From contig NMRA01000049.1 of the NCBI GenBank assembly GCA_002633005.1, positions 1,036,011 through 1,100,010 on the forward strand: DNA of 64,000 nt, in the 5' to 3' direction. Origin of the DNA: Phoronis australis. Lineage: Eukaryota; Animalia; Phoronida. Position 1 is the first letter of the stretch. Each line of letters starts with the position of its first letter. The notes below the pieces were generated by a model, which made no database searches, was not told the DNA's origin, and saw only the letters and a list, made by a program, of their open reading frames with translations. The position numbers and the translations under genes were made by a program. Of the stretch, positions 62,407 through 64,000 are shown one piece after another.

Positions 62407-64000
62407 CCATTTGTCATGGATTGTGTCACACCCATGATGTCTTTTAATTAAAATTTAGCAACAAAGAAAGGTACCTTCATAGCAAATCAACGGTATCAAT
62501 AACACCATGCAAATGTTCAAGATTGGATCTCAAAAACACTATTATTTTCTAAAATGTCATTTCATTTCATTTTTGTTTGGTGCAACATCAGATTTTTTCC
62601 ATAAAAATCACAATAGCCTCTCATGTGAAGTGGAACATTTTTTAAAAAGACAAATCCAAACAGAGTTTTAAAGAAAAAAGGATAAAGTATATAGTGTCTG
62701 AAAGTTTCATTTGAATCCAATATGAAATGTTCAGAATTTTGGTGAAATTTGGATATTTCTCTAGGGTCCTGCATAACCTTAACCTTTTCAACACCAAGTA
62801 ACTGTCGGCCATTTTGTCCAAAAACCACAAGTAACTTTGACATAGATTGAATTTAGGTGCTTGTTTTCAAAATTCCAAAGACAATCCATTTATCATTGAA
62901 TTTCAACACAAATCAAAGTGATGATCTTGTAGGAATGTCTCACTGGAAGTCAGAATATATTTATTAGATGCAATAGCAGAAGCTTTTGAGGACTAAGTTT
63001 GACTGATTTACGATAAACAGTTCTCTGACACAAGAACAAAATATACTAAATCTGTCTAAAATATTGTTTAACAGCTAGCAGCAATTAATTTAACAAGGAT
63101 TAGATGGGTGAAATCAATAACCAACTTCAATTTCAGTGTATTTGAAATAGCAATAAGGCCAGCCCGGATTAAACAGTGCCAAAACTCTCCTTTGTCCCAG
63201 AGGTAAGAAAGCCCATTGTTTTCATTCACAAAGTTTTGGAATTTCAAGTCCAGATCATGGTGGCAACCGGCGAGGTGTACGGTCATGGATATATTACCCA
63301 TTTCAACTGCTTAAAAAGGTTGGGATTCTGTTAGCTTCAAAATTAAATCAATGAACTTGCTTCATCTACTTGACGTCGGAAATGCGACCAGATTAAAATC
63401 ACATATTCATGGATATTTGTAAAGTTTATCAGTGAGGTGGCGCGGGTTACATCTGACCTTCAAAACAAAACACTTAGCGAGCAAGCAGTAATAATTTGAC
63501 TATATACAAATATGAATGTTTACTGAGTGATTTGCTAATCTGCACTAAATTATTCTAGTATATACCATTACTAAATTGTAAGCAAATTTTCGGTCTATAC
63601 TATTATTGCGATCTTTACTTTTTAGTTTGGTGAAAATGTCTGGTTTATGCTGTTATTACGAACTCTACTATTATTTGGATCTTGAGAGTATGAGGTAAGC
63701 TTTTCATAAAAAATGTGAGTTCCAGTTGCGGACTGCAAATTGTCATAACTGTGATACTCAGACTCAGGAACAGTCTATTCAAGAAACCACTGTCTAGTTG
63801 TGAATCTGGAGACAACATTTGTGGGCAGAATTCATCATCAAGCAATTTTGAATCTACGGTAATGAAAAATATGGGTATTTTTAATAAGCTTCTATTCTAT
63901 ACAGTAGTTTTTGAAATGAAACGGAATCGCTGGCAGACCTTTCCAATACCCTAATGGAATGCTGATTATTTTCAACATTTGTTTATCACATAGTGATCTA

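Overview
AT-rich, intron-rich animal genomic DNA. It is most likely from a bilaterian invertebrate; the exact taxon cannot be determined from the sequence. By reading GT-AG junctions and reading frames by hand I reconstructed four spliced genes. (1) Parkin (PRKN, +, 10 exons from 402 to 9859; the 5' exons lie before the window). (2) A complete LTO1/ORAOV1 (+, 13244-19592, 139 aa). (3) A complete TIGAR-like histidine phosphatase (-, 23659-31318, 385 aa) with a long Ser/acidic insertion carrying KKRKR. (4) A zyxin-subfamily LPP/TRIP6-like triple-LIM gene (-, 39127-45918; 5' exon not found). Introns and intergenic DNA are dense with non-autonomous DNA transposons: several MITE families, long foldbacks, dead THAP and Myb/SANT ORFs, and two head-to-tail Helentron-type (HINE/pearl-like) elements. 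Most entries in the ORF track are spurious or partial exons. The most notable observations are: (a) the Helentron-type pair carries about 19 co-oriented ~145-bp monomers in a trimeric higher-order repeat, each with a CTCF-like motif; (b) LTO1 and TIGAR are direct convergent neighbours, which would explain why they occupy the same CCND-to-FGF slot on human 11q13 and 12p13; (c) TIGAR has a candidate NLS-bearing insertion; (d) Parkin has a very short Ubl-RING0 linker. No prokaryotic-type system (CRISPR, operon) is present.
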